From Trichoplax sp. H2 (taxonomy: Eukaryota): DNA of 64,000 nt. How positions within the stretch are numbered: position 1 is the stretch's first letter; every line of letters begins with the position of its first letter. The DNA lies in assembly GCA_003344405.1 (NCBI GenBank), contig NOWV01000022.1, positions 434,001 to 498,000 of the forward strand. Direction: 5' to 3'. The notes below the pieces were generated by a model, which did no database searches, had not been told where the DNA came from, and saw nothing but the letters and a program-made list of their open reading frames with translations. Positions 41,131 to 54,939 of this stretch are shown in pieces. Both the position numbers and the translations under genes were made by a program.

Positions 41131-42859
41131 CTTTCACCGAATCCCTTTTCACTGTGTATCCGTCGATGGTGTCGAGGAGAGGAAAAAAAAGAGAAGGAGA
41201 AAAAAAAGATCAATTTCATTGACTGGTCATGTGGTAATCGCTATCCCATGCCTACACAAACTACACTGTATGTCCTATACTTTATCCTATGCTGCAGTAG
41301 TTATCGACAGTTCTGTATTCTTTCATGCTCCAACTTACCGTTGCAATGGTTGTTAATCCAAATATCCAACGGTGTTACTCAAGGAAAAGTCAATTTTCCA
41401 ATTTGTACTGGAGATCCAAATTGAAGAAAAGCAATATTAAAAGAGAAGAGAATCGATTGGCCAACGTTAGGATGTTGAGCTGTACACTTTTCCCTTGTGT
41501 CCTTCTATAGCCTGTCGATCATGGAGTGAAAGTGATGGTTGGTGTAGTGGTCTAAAATGGAAACGATCTTTGCCCTTCCAGTCAACACCAGGATGACCGA
41601 AAGTAATATCGACTTGGAAAGATCAAACTCGTCGGTCAAATCAATTGCAAATGAGATTCACCTTTGAAATCTTTAGTTCAAGGATGACTTTAACTGTAGT
41701 AAAAAGTTGCAGAAATGCATTGGCCATCAATAGTTCATCAATTATGACTAAAGATGTTCAACCAAGAAGTCATTGGGCCAACTTCTCCATCAAGATGATG
41801 TCGCTAACAAGAAGACTACAGTAGTGTACTGTACAGCATCGTACTGTACACTGTAGTCTACAATGAGAGGTCTGGTCAGTACAGTACATTGTACTGTATA
41901 CTAGAGTACTGTACACTGGAAAGGACTTTCACTTCAATTACTCTACTACTATATGTACAGTAGTGTATAATAAATTACACAGGCATGTTTATGAGAGCTT
42001 CTTCTTTCCACACATAACAATTTGGATGAATTTCGTTCTTAAAATGTCGCAAAACATGAGTGTTAATTTCTCTGAAACGAAAAGGATCACGCTGTACTGT
42101 ATGCTAAAATGCCAGATGATTATACCTACTGTAAGAGAGATATGATCAAGTCAATCCATTACAGTGGCTGCGCGAAATCAAGGGTTCATAAACCTGACGG
42201 TCAAACCCATACAGGTACATTCGAGAGATATTTTACCTCTATGGTCAAACTATTTAGCAAGTTATGTCAGGGAACTACTGCCTACAAAAGAAAGAAAGGG
42301 AAGAGGCGAAGTCAAGCGATCGTTGACTATACTCATCATGTGCAGGCGGATTGATTTTTTGCATCATTTCAACGATATCACATCTTTGTCATCGCCTGCT
42401 AAGTGAGTAATGTACAGTAGGATAGACGCTTTCATGGGTACCCCCTACAGTAGAGTATAGTAGAATGACCGGGAAATGATCATGATAGGCCTCCGCCTTA
42501 CGGTATAGTCGATCTCACTGACGGCCGCTTTGCGTTCCCTTTTTCCTTTTACTACAGTGCGGCACAGTATGGTGTATTGATTTTGTTTTCAGGTTAGCAA
42601 AATCCTTCTCGAGGTGCTAGAAACAATCTATACAACCGAAGACCCATCCATTTCTCGCCAATTCCATATACTGTAGAATAATATTCAAGATGACTATTAA
42701 TTAATATAGTCTATTTAATTTGCTGTATGAAGAAGATTGTGAAAGCAAAAATCAAGACACTACACTGTGGTCCAGGTCGTGTTCAGAGCACAACACACCA
42801 CGAGTAGCATATTTGGGCGTTGTCTAGAGTACAAAGTGCTCAAGGGTTGACTAATGTTT

Positions 42860-43290
42860 TCCTAAATACAGTACAGTACAGTATTCCAGTCTAGCACAGT
42901 ACATGTATGACTAGACAGTACTGTCTACTCTAGATATTGTACTGCAGATTTGCAGTCCTGTCTACAGTACTGTGCAGTACTGTAGACTAGAAAGTAAAGA
43001 CTGTACAGTAAAAGTCTCTCCTGCTACAGTGTACAGTACGTGCAGTACTGTCAATTCGTTCAACTGTAGTACTGTACACTGTACAGTATTCTTCGCAGGT
43101 GACGCTTCGCACTCTCTACTCAGTAGTGTCATACTGTAGGTGACGCTTCCGTAGGTGACGCTTCGCACTCTCTACTCAGTAGTGTCGTAGGTGACGCTTC
43201 CGTAGCTGACGCTTCGCACTCTCTACTGTACTGTACAGTACTGTGTACAGTGTACAGTGTACAGTGTACTGTACTGTACTGTACTAGCAG
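42860..43290. promoter_or_regulatory. Repeat-rich putative divergent promoter with five TGACG (CRE half-site) motifs and dense TACAGT/ACTGTA repeats
   Basis: TGACG at 43100, 43141, 43156, 43192 and 43207 within duplicated GTAGGTGACGCTTCGCACTCTCTACT units; lies between the divergent GT31 and PDZ-LIM starts. Confidence 0.45.
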
Positions 43291-43586
43291 CAAGTCCATA
43301 CTGTCGGCATAGACAGTGTGCCAGAAGAAATAATCTACTGGTCAACTAAAGCAAAAAAGGCAACCAACATTGGGTCCATTTTTTCTTTCTTCAACATCTA
43401 TCTCTACAATTTACAGCTGGTCGTCTAAGAAACTCAAGCAGTTTACCTGCTAACCTATTCAATTTCGATTGGCACTTTGTCAATCTATACCTTATCGTGG
43501 TTATTTCAACTCAGTTGATTTGATATTTTACCAATTGTATCCCATTGAATTCAATATTAACAAGAAACAAGCGAGTGTGTCTATTC

Positions 43587-46500
43587 ATGGCCGATGATAC
43601 ATTCACGGTAGTGTTAGAAGGCGGCAGCCCATGGGGAATCCGTGTACATGGCGGAAAAGATTTTGGATCTCCTATTGTAGTACAAAAGGTAAGAGTTAAC
43701 TTAAAAAGAGGAAGAAATGAAGATAATTTAGCTAGGATACAACGATATTGATTGACTACGGTCAAGTAGTTAATATAGCGCCATACAGTACAACAGCGAC
43801 TACACTGTATACAGTGTACAGTAATGTGGACAGAAGCCCTTTGATAAACGATGTTGCCACGGTAATGGGCTAAAGGCCCATTGGACTGTACTACAGAGGG
43901 TTATCCCCTTTCTGCTGACATCGTCAACAAAATTCAATATTGCAGTCTATAGGAGAAAGTTAAAATGTAGACAACCGATTAAATCGACATGCTAGACTGG
44001 CTATCATACCGTACAGGGATCCACACTTTCCTTCTTTGATTGATCGATCGATGTAGTCCAAGCTGTTGCATAGTTAGACAACAATGTTTTGTATTGTTTA
44101 TGCGTCGTTAAGATCGATATGAAAAATAATCTCGGCTTCAAAATTGAAAATGTTCTATATGACAGTGATGTCTTCATTTATCAGATAGTCCAGCACTACA
44201 GCAATAGCTTGCAGGTAATATACAACTGAATCCTAAAGTAACTTCCGTTCTAGTCATTATAATTATTTATGTTCTAGTTGCTAAATGCTATAAAAATAAA
44301 TAAACACTAAGTTAATATAACGCTTACGCATGCAAATAACGTTATTAATCATGAATTTTACATCAGTCACAACTGAAAGCCGTAGCAAGAGTCCACTTTT
44401 AGTAATAACGTCTACAATAATATCCTTCTGAACTACACTCTACTATAACGACCTAGAATAGTTAATTATAATACTAAATACGATGCTGTGTTATGTTGAA
44501 AGTCATTTCGTAATCAGTTTACATAAAGTTACTCCAGGTTGAATTGTACTATCTGTTAGTCATAACTTGTAACCAATAATCTTATTGATGGATAACTATC
44601 CTTACTGTCTATGAGGATTAATGAATGCAATCATTAGAGTGCTGATGGCCTTCTAGTATGCAGAATTATAAAACCTGGACACTCCACCTACTTTAAAAAG
44701 TAAAGCACCCGCATTATCCAGTTGATCATGCGATTCAAAAATGACGTTGGATAAGTTTACGGATTAAGTTGGAGTAGCAATGACTACAAATAGTAGTGAA
44801 AAAGTCGCAACTAAAGTATACTCCAATGCATATGGCATACTCACAGTTCGTTGTGCTTACATGAGCTGCAATCTATACGTATCCTTGCTAGAAATCGTTA
44901 GCAATGCATGTCTGCAATAACATGTAGGACAAGTACGGTATGCAAAGTCCATCTCCTTGAAACAGTTACAAATGATATTATTTGGGCTCATATAGCATAT
45001 GTTTTATATCCTCAAAAACAAAAAATTCAACCGTAGCTTTTAAAGAAGCATATTTATAGTACCATTACATATTAAATTCGATTGCAGTCAACTATCGAGA
45101 TCGGTTTATTTGCCTCTGTTGTGATCAATTATTTTGCAATGTTACCCATAGAAAAGTGTTACTTCACAAAATGGTACAGGTCTACAACATTATGTTGCTA
45201 CTCTTTATAAATATTTTATTCTTCCTATCCTTTTAGATCATCCCTGGTGGTAAGGCATCTAAATGTGTTCAATTAAAAGGCGGTGAATACGTCATAGCTA
45301 TTAATGACAATCCATGTGGACCTTTGCGACATGTCGAAGTTCAGTCACTAATAAAGAATAGCGGCACATTAAAAATGGTGCTAACCAGGTAAGCGAGTAG
45401 TAAAGTATAGATCGCATATAATGTGGCGGTCACTATGCTATTTATTTTCAAAGTATTTTTACCAGTATTTCACTTCTGAGTGCATCCAACGTGATCATAA
45501 ATCTTCCATCTTCCTTTTAGACATATTAATTATTGACTTATCGATATGCGCTAGTTATAAGTAGTAGTAGCTCTCATCAACAAATGCAAATCAGTTATCC
45601 ACTGAACTTCTCACAATTTTTCTTTAATCGAGTCGCCAGTTTTTATTTCTTGTATATGTATGTACACTATTTTGCCGGGATGATATCTAATTTTTCATCT
45701 GTAAGTAATATCTCGATTTTATATGTGTAGCAATATAAAAATTCTTTATTTTATTAACGATGAACCCGTCACTACATAGACATCATAATAGAACCTATGA
45801 TGTAATTGGTAACCTAAGTTTTGGCATTTGCTATTAATTATACAAATTATTTTGATAAATTTCAAACAAACTACTATTCCTTTAAGACAACACTAACCGT
45901 ACTTTATGGTAACTACACAATACGTAATATATATTTATTCAAGTATTGTTTTTTGGATGGAGGAAATAATTCGATTCTGTAGCATGCTTTATTTGCTAGC
46001 GCAAAGTAGTAGCGATAGTACTTATTACAGGGCATTATCATCGTTCACCTTTTATGTACTGTATGTGTAGTTAATGTACAGCCAAATTATTACTTCGTTG
46101 TTTTATATTGTAAGTATTATCTACTTTATTCCACATATATTAATACGATAGCATTACAATAATTTCAATAGCAGATTTGCTGTAGGTAGTTGCATAGCTG
46201 CTCCTTTACTTATCATCAGTCTACGTGGTCTTTTGCAAAAAGCTTAATTTTTTGAAATTAATTGCATTTTTTCTTTAATTATCCGGAGTCGATAACACAA
46301 TCAACATATTACGTAACATCAGACAGGATAGTTGCAGTAATGTAATTAAATTAACCAATTCAATGAGTTATTAACAATAATTTATTGTATCATGTCTTTA
46401 ATTTGTATATAGTTCCAAACTCACTGCCTCTAAAGCTAACAGTAGTGCTGCTGCTTCTACTGCTAAACGTCCATCGAAAGATTTAACTACATCAAAACCG

Positions 46501-48671
46501 CCAGGAATAAAAGACGCCACTATTAAAGCCTATTCCAAGATGCAATCCAAATCCCCTAAAAATGGTACTATTACTCCCTATAACCTTCTATTATTGTCAA
46601 AACGACATCAATTCATGTCACTGATTTTGCTCTTTCTAATGGCTGTGTAGCTGGAACTGCTTCATCTATTAAGGATAAAAAATCATTGAAAGATACCGCT
46701 GCCGAAAAATCTCCCACTAAATCATCAACTAAATCTACGAAAGATGATGAAAATAGTAAAAGTAAAAGTTTTGTCTATTTCATTTTTTATTAAAACTTAT
46801 TTAATAGACTAGGCTAAAAGCTGTTAACCTTCTAAATCATCATTAGTATAATATGATACAGTTTATTTGAGGCAATAGCAAATGATTAAGTATGAAAGAG
46901 ATTTCACGTTATTTCATATTCTTGATAAATGATTTTGTTTAATTTATGACTGATAATTGTTACTTCTAGAGTCAACTAAAATAAAACCATCTGAAATCGT
47001 AGCAAGTGCTAAATCATCTACTGCAGATCAAAAGAAAGGTTGTTCTTAAATGAATGTTCCTATTCCAAATTATTTGGATCTATTTTGTATCTTTACAAAT
47101 ATCTCTGACGCCAATTGTATTTGTTAATGTAGAATCTACGCCTTCTCTAACCACCACAAAGGCCCCAGCTGCAGCAACTGCTACAAGAACGACTGTTACT
47201 ACAAAAACACCTGCTACTACAAAAACGACTGTTACTACAAAAACGCCTGCTACTACAAAAACAACTGTTACTACAAAAACGACTGTTACTACAAAAACGC
47301 CTGCTACAAAAACGCCTGTTACGAAAACGCCTACTACAACCACGAATAAGGCCTTTATCAAGCCAACGCCCAAAACTACCAGTGATAACAGTTTCGTACA
47401 AATATACTATTTGTCCATAACATGCATAAATTAATGAAATATTCCCTTATTATTTGATGGCTAATTATAATCTTTTAACTTCTGTTATATATGCAATAGA
47501 ATCTACGAATACTACCAGCTCAACGACAGCTTCCAGTAAGATTACTATTAGTAAACCTACTTCGAAACCAATTAGTACGAGCAAGAAAAACGATAGTGAT
47601 AAAGCTTCAGCTAGTGCGGCTTCTAAAAACAACGAAAAGAAGCCTGAACCCCCAAAGAGTACGATAAAAAGTGAACAACCGAAGGCTAGTAACAGCCCCA
47701 AGCCCGATGGTAAAAAGACGACTAAAATTACAATCTCTGCTAGGTCGAATCCTGATGCAAAGATCTGCAATGGGTGTAAAGAAGTTATCAGGTTCGCTTT
47801 TTCATTCTGTCGCTATTTCAAGATACTAGAACAATAAGACTTGCTTGATGCATATAACTTTGTGAAAAGTACTATTAACCTATTTGGGTTTATTTCTAGT
47901 AGCATTTTCTAATTTTATTTACCATAAATCTTGTTATGTAGTGGTCCACATTTAATGGCTATGAATAAGCCTTGGCATCCAGAACATTTTCTGTGTCGTG
48001 AATGTGGAAAGTCTTTGAGGGGTATAGAATTTATCGAAAACGACGGTTTTCCGTACTGTGTAGAAGACTACTATAATCTATTTGGAAACAAATGTGCTGG
48101 CTGTGGCGAACCAATTAAGGAGGTTGGTAATAGTATCAAAATTTTAATCTTAATAATTTTAATTGATACTTTATAAAATAGTCCTTAACTGTACAAGACT
48201 TCGGTAAATTGGTGGATACTTGTACACAATTTCTTGAAAGACTTTTAACTGATGATATTCACTGTATATAGAACTATATTAATGCAATTGGTAAAACTTG
48301 GCATGCAGAACACTTTGTTTGCTGTCTGTGTGATAAACAGTTGGGAAATATTCCGTTTCATGTCGATAATGGTAAACCTTACTGTGAATTTCATTATGAA
48401 GAGTTATTTGCAACTAGATGTCATAAATGTGATGAAGCTGTAAAAGCTGGAGAGCAGTGGATTGAAGCCCTGGGTCATAATTGGCACAAAAGATGCTTTC
48501 GATGTGTGGTAAGTAAGAGAGGCAGTATAATTAGTAACACAAATCGTTACATCATTTCAATTTATCATTACGGTGTTATAGGAGTGCCAAATTGAACTCC
48601 ATGGAAAGAGCTTTTATTCGCGAGAAGACCATCCATACTGCAGTGAGCATAGGCATCTTATTTCAACCTAA
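43587..48671 (+). CDS. Enigma-class PDZ and LIM domain protein (PDLIM5/PDLIM7/LDB3-like): PDZ + S/T/K/P-rich linker + 3 LIM, ~547 aa
   Basis: Exons 43587-43688, 45237-45388, 46413-46564, 46651-46761(or 46755), 46970-47038, 47133-47390(or 47381), 47500-47791, 47942-48122, 48272-48508, 48582-48671. PDZ start LEGGSPWGIRVHGGKDF; three LIM domains (CNGC..WHPEHFLCREC; CAGC..WHAEHFVCCLC; CHKC..WHKRCFRCVEC..YCSEH). Linker exon boundaries are less certain. Confidence 0.9.
47189..47340 (+). repeat. Coding Thr-rich repeat (TTVTTKTPATTK, 18/36-bp units)
   Basis: Repeated ACGACTGTTACTACAAAAAC(A/G)CCTGCTACTACAAAA in linker exon 6. Confidence 0.85.
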
Positions 48672-50038
48672 GCTTCTGCTTATATGTTAGATAGTTTGAA
48701 TTAGTAGCATGATTAAAAAGCTATCCGGTATTATACAAAATTTAACGTGAGACTATTTAATAACTTTACAATTTGTTGCATAAGTTATAGTCGTAAATTT
48801 TTTCTTAAAAATTTTCTTTCTCCTCTTTAATCGTCTATATTTTTCCGCAATCACTACATTTTTGTCATAAATAATTTCGATTGTATTAATTGAAGGTAGT
48901 GCTTATACTAACTTGTTGAATTTGTATGAATGTATGACTAATGTGGTGATCGCTCACACTCATATGGTGTACTGTTTGTAGAATCTGATATTGTAGGGAT
49001 ATATTATCTTACGTGCACTCGGACAAATCGGATTAATGTCATCTTTGATGATGCGTTTAATAGGACTAATCACTTTAGTAAATGAGTACTTAACTACTTA
49101 TTAATCAGATAATACATTACTATGATTGTTGGCAATATATTGATTCGCATGTTATTAAAGAATATCGTATGAAATCATCCCATTATAACAGTAATTTAAT
49201 TGCGAATTTTTATGATATCCTTTACAGTATCGGTAGAATTTTTTTATTAAAATATAATAAACTTGTGAGGTTAATCAATCTAATATAATTATTTAAAGAT
49301 ATTTGTTACACTTTACTTTTATGTTTTCATTTTAAAAATAAAAATTATAGGCTATTTTTAGATAGGTGAATTTGTATTAATGTCTCGACAAGTCTTGCAG
49401 TTTATCCAAAAAATCACAGTAAAATTCATCTATACGTACAGGTGATATTAGTAAAATTTCAGATCTATTAACGGTGATGTTGGATGTTTGAGATAAATAG
49501 TGAATACCCGTATACCTAAATTTTTATACTCTCGGTTCAGGCAAAGTAATCATCAATTAAATTAAACTACAATAACGACTTTTTATAACGGATGATATTT
49601 TCGAAATCTTCAAATAGTAAGAATTGTTATTGATTAATTGATAAATATCAATGTAGTTCTCTTACATCAGATTTTCAATAATGGTAAAAATAGGTTACGA
49701 AAGTATTTATGTATCTTAAGTAACAGAAAACAAGGATCGAACCAGGATCTGGGGTTATGTAAAGAAAAATATATTCTGCCCAAAATTGCATTTATAGACC
49801 TGAATGTCGGTTTTAGTCTGGAAAAATTTGATCTTTCTGCTAGAAGCAATCTATTGTTACTGTATATTTTGAGCTGTAATTGAACAACTTGCAAAAATTT
49901 TAATTGTAATATTGTATCCAGCTTTTCTTGATATTAAAAATATCATTTCATCTTCCTAATTACTTGAATCATATTGGTTTGAGTATCCTTTACACGAGTA
50001 AAACATGATTAAATTTCAGTCATGAGGAATGAAAATCA

Positions 50039-52387
50039 TTAAACTGTAGTTTCAGATACGACAGAATTATGATCATTAGATAAGATGCCATCATCGATGG
50101 GTGATAAGGTATCTTTGACAACCGAAAATGTTTCCATTTCTTTCTTTTGTCTTTTTTCTTTTCTTTTGTCGCAACATGTAAGAAATCTATATACACATAT
50201 TAAAAATTATGAAGGCAATATATGTAAATAATTACAAGCTAGAGAAGAATAATTAGAACTTTCACAAATTCTTATCCTCTCACTAGAAGTGATTCAAACG
50301 TGTATTGTAAACCAGATTATGCAGATATTCGATTGATACATTTTCTTAGCTGATTACAGAGTTAAGGTAACAAATGTAAATTATATAAATACAAAATTAC
50401 TATTGAACTTACATTAAGAATACTTTTGGAGGTAATAAAATTAAGTTTGCTGCTGCGAATGCTATCATAGCACTTCGTGTGTTAGCATGTAGGATCATGA
50501 ATCTTTGAGCCATATACTCGCTAATTACCTTGCCAAATATATAAAGAATGGCAATCCAACAAAACACCATACCTTTTAATAAACAAGCAATATATTTTTA
50601 AAAGAGATAAAATACAGTCAATCTTGATTGAAATGTTTCTTACAATCAGAGTATTGTTGCTAGCTAATATTTGATTAAAATATTATATCAAATTGAATTC
50701 CTAATAAGGGAATACTTGTAATAAGATTTTAGTTGTCTAAAACGTACCATATTCATTTCTCTTGATGGTTTTGCTAATCATATTCAACATACAAGGCACA
50801 GCTATTCCCCCTAACGCACCGCCTACTATACCTAATTAATAATACATAGGAAATGATGGAATAAAATCCTTTATTAATATATATTAATGCTTTATTTTGT
50901 GAATAAGATTTACAGTTAAAACTATACTGTATATAATCAAAGTAGAGCTAGTTGTATATGATAAATTAAGTTACTGAAGGATATAATACAGAAACAAACT
51001 TTTTCCTTTCATATTCTTTAATTTATTACTGAATAAGCTATTTAAATGTACGAGACTCGTAGATATCAATGGTTATCCTTTTCAGTAGTGGCTAAATTTT
51101 ACTACCGGACTACGTTCTCCCTGAATAGATCATAAAGACTCGTACTGATAAGTACCATATATCAAATGACATATAAGATATCGATGCTACTGTAATCTAT
51201 TCGTTGCCATGTATCCTCATTTTTTTTTAAATTAGTCTGCTTTATACTACTATGAAATTATAGAAGATCATACTTCCAAACAGCAACCAAAGCTGTGGCG
51301 TACCCAAGGCAATCATTCCCAATGGCGCAATTACACATGTTAGCCCTATATTGGCTAGAATGCTATCTCTTAGATACTTTCGAAGGAAGAGCCAACCGAG
51401 AATACCACCGGCGGCAATTCCAAGTAAACGAATACTTTCAAAGATGTAAGCATTCGCTGATGTCCAACAATATGGATACAAGACAAGATAGGTATTGACC
51501 AAATCGGTCAATATAGCGTAAGAAAATACAGTGAAAACTAATGCTACCAATAACAAGCGAAATCGTAATTTATGTTTTCTTTTCCTTACTAAAGTAAAGC
51601 ATGTCACGCCAAAGCTAATTAATATGTCCAATAGCAGATTTTTTTTTACTACATTATGATCATTTCTTGAACAATTATATTTGAGATGTATAAATATAAA
51701 TGCAAAGATCAAACTGATTATATATATACTAATACAGATAATTAATATGACAATTAAATTATAATGGGAAAGCCCTCGAAAAATCATCTGTAAAGAAATA
51801 GCATAACCTATATACATGCAAACTGTTAAGGTTGCCCACTGTAAGCCTTGATATTTTTGTGGGCAACCTTCACCTACGATGGCAAATAAACTAAAGATGA
51901 ACGTTGGTAAGCCACCTGTTAAGCCTAATACTAATGATCCATATATCAGTAAATTGGGATTGTAACGGCCGTATACAGTTAAGAATGCCATGATGGCTTG
52001 ACAAAGTAAACCGAATATAGATATAAGTGCATAAATAGAACGTTTGCCATAACGATCCGACCAACTTGCTAACAAGATGGAACTAATAGCCGTGGATATA
52101 CAGGTTACCAAGTTAATAGTACTAATGGACACAATAGACGGTCTAGTCATGCTAATTGTAGCCAATCGATACGTTTGTGATGAGTTAAAATAGATGCATG
52201 AACTATTCGATAAATAATAGTTTGCAATCGGCTCAATATGTCTTCGTCCTTGTTGGTTGACAATAAGATTGATTTCAATAGCATACTGAACCATATAATT
52301 CGTTAATACAATGATAGTTAACAAAAAATGACTTGGCGATAATGCCTTATGAATAGCTTTACTAACTTGAAATTTGGCGACTGTCAT
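50039..52387 (-). CDS. SLC46 (PCFT-like) MFS transporter, paralog 1, 4 exons, ~501 aa
   Basis: Exons 52387-51274, 50831-50748, 50572-50413, 50186-50039. MFS motif WSDRYGKR, YLVLYPYCWT (SLC46-type Y...P.CW), many TM segments; C-terminus ETTV. Confidence 0.8.
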
Positions 52388-53296
52388 TTCTAATGTAACT
52401 TTAATTAGAAACCAGCGGAGAAGATAATGTTGTATAATAAATACCAGTATCCGTATATAATCAATTTATAGCCAATGAAAAGTTTCTTGCTTATGCCGTC
52501 TACAGGATAAATGGCAACTGAGATGTTTGAATAGACTGAATTCGATTAACCAATTATAGTAGACATCTTGTTTTATAAGTTAATGCAATTTACGTTCTTT
52601 AATGACGATAATTCCAAATGTCCTGTTAATCCTAATCGTCAATTGCCTTATAAAGTAGCCATAAAGTGGATAATATCCACATAAACGCTCATAGATACCA
52701 ATACTATTTGATTCAATAACTACGATCGGCAGTTTAAATCTAGTAACTCCTAGTCGGTCATTACCATAAACTGATCATTATGTAACGATAACTTACTACT
52801 TCAGATCTTACTTGCCAGTATCATTGATAGAAGTCATTTATCTTAACAAATTACCGAGTAAAATTAGCGCATAAGTAGTTCTACGCAATGCATATGTGTA
52901 CACAGCCTTGGTGAGTTGATTTTAATTATTATACCGTGCATTCAAGGACTATTGTAAATTTTTTTGACCAACGGACTCTGGACACCTACGGCAAATTATT
53001 ACTATGAATTGTCTACTGTATACAATAGTCGATGCTAGAAAAATAATAACTTTTAGCTTGGAAACGTCATCTGCTGGTACTATATACAACTACTGTCAAG
53101 TTGCTCAAACATAATGTTTGCTTTATTGACATTGCGTCGAAAACATGGCATTGGTGGTAATATTAAAGAGAGCTTATGCATCTAATTTTATCCACGCCCA
53201 CTTTGACTTCAAACATAAATTATCAAAGCTTATAGAATATTTCTGCAGAATCTTGTGTGGGATGTTGAAATTAATTATAATAATTTTTTATTTACT

Positions 53297-54095
53297 TTTT
53301 AGCTTATTTACTACGACATTTAACTGATTTTACGAATGATGCTTATGAAGGTATTGAAGATATTTTATGACATCGTACTGAGTATAGTATCAATTAATAT
53401 TATCTCATTCGCACGACATGGTATGCGGGTTAGGCTAGTAACGGTATATATGAATTTAATGTATTGTATGAACAGTATTCTATAACTTTCTATTTATATT
53501 TTATAGCTTATTTACTACAGCATTTAACTGATTTTACGAATGATGCTTATGAAGGTATTGAAGATATTTTATGGCATCGTACTGAGTATAGTATCAATTA
53601 ATATTATCTCATTCGCACGACATGGTATGTGGGTTAGGCTAGTAACGGTATATATGAATTTAATGTATTGTATGAACAGTATTCTATAATTTTCTATTTA
53701 TATTTTATAGCTTATTTACTACAGCATTTAACTGATTTTACGAATGATGCTTATGAAGGTATTGAAGATATTTTATGGCATCGTACTGAGTATAGTATCA
53801 ATTAATATTAGCTCATTCGCACGACATGGTATGCGGGTTAGGCTAGTAACGCTATATATGAATTTAATGTATTGTATGAACAGTATTCTATAATTTTCTA
53901 TTTATATTTTATAGCTTATTTACCACAGCATTTAACTGATTTTACGAATGATGCTTATGAAGGTATTGAAGATATTTTATGGCATCGTACTGAGTATAGT
54001 ATCAATTAATATTAGCTCATTCGCACGACATGGTATGCGGGTTAGGCTAGTAACGGTATATATGAATTTAATGTACTGTATAAACAGTATTCTAT
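53297..54095. repeat. Tandem array, ~3.9 copies of a 204-bp unit, nearly identical
   Basis: AGCTTATTTA at 53301, 53505, 53709 and 53913 (exact 204-bp period). Confidence 0.97.
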
Positions 54096-54939
54096 GATAC
54101 TGAAGTTCCGTGTAAGGTGCCGGTACTGTAGTAGTCCATTACGAGTTAACCCACTCGAGGGCAACTGAAGGTAATAACATTGGTCAAATTTGCCAATAAA
54201 ACTACATAGTTTGCATAGACTACAATACCGCTATGGTGTGTAATAATCATTATATTGTATTTACAAGTTTGATAATATTTAATTTTATCAAGTATATTTG
54301 TTACCTTGCGTTGTAAACTCTTTAAATCCAAAAATCAAAATCAATTAGCAGAATATGATAGATACACAATACTGACTCCTCCTGGAATATATCCCGATCA
54401 ACCCTTTACAACCAGATACATGGACATTTACAAAAATATACGTAAAAATCATAGGTTGTTGAGATCAACTTTAAAATAGGTATGAAGCGGATCAGATGAT
54501 CCTAAGAAGATGCTGAAGAGTTTACGTATATTTATACACATATACACGGTTAAGCAAAAGCCTTACACATCCTGTAATAATAATTTTTATTATTGTTGCT
54601 GTTGTGTGAGACTAAGCCATACTTGTTAATAAATAAAATCGAGAAGTTATATTGTAAGTTCTATTCATTCAAGTTCATTAAAGACAGTGGCATGTAGCGA
54701 TTTGATATGGCTAAAAGTACAATTATCCAGGTAATTAAAAATATTAATAAACACATGATATAATGATCTATCCGCAGGAAATAAATTTCAGCTAACAGTT
54801 TATGTGATCATCTTTGAAAATATTATATAGGACTAAGGTTCAGGACCACATAGAAAGTTGAAATAAAGTCTTAGGGTGTTATTTTAATATAGGTTTAATA
54901 ATATAACCAACTTAAACGGTATAGATAGATATTGTCATA

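Noticed and set aside
41535..41600. GGTTGGTGTAGTGGT resembling a tRNA A-box
   Set aside because: No B-box or acceptor-stem pairing downstream.
42962..43168. 68-aa minus-strand ORF
   Set aside because: Translation of promoter repeats; no protein features.
47080..47770. Val-rich and Arg/Cys-rich antisense ORFs
   Set aside because: Reverse complement of the Thr/Lys-rich PDZ-LIM linker.
53297..54095. 204-bp array as a CRISPR array, coding repeat or C/D snoRNA cluster
   Set aside because: No unique spacers, no ORF spanning the units, and the C-box-like ATGATGC is imperfect and too close to CTGA.
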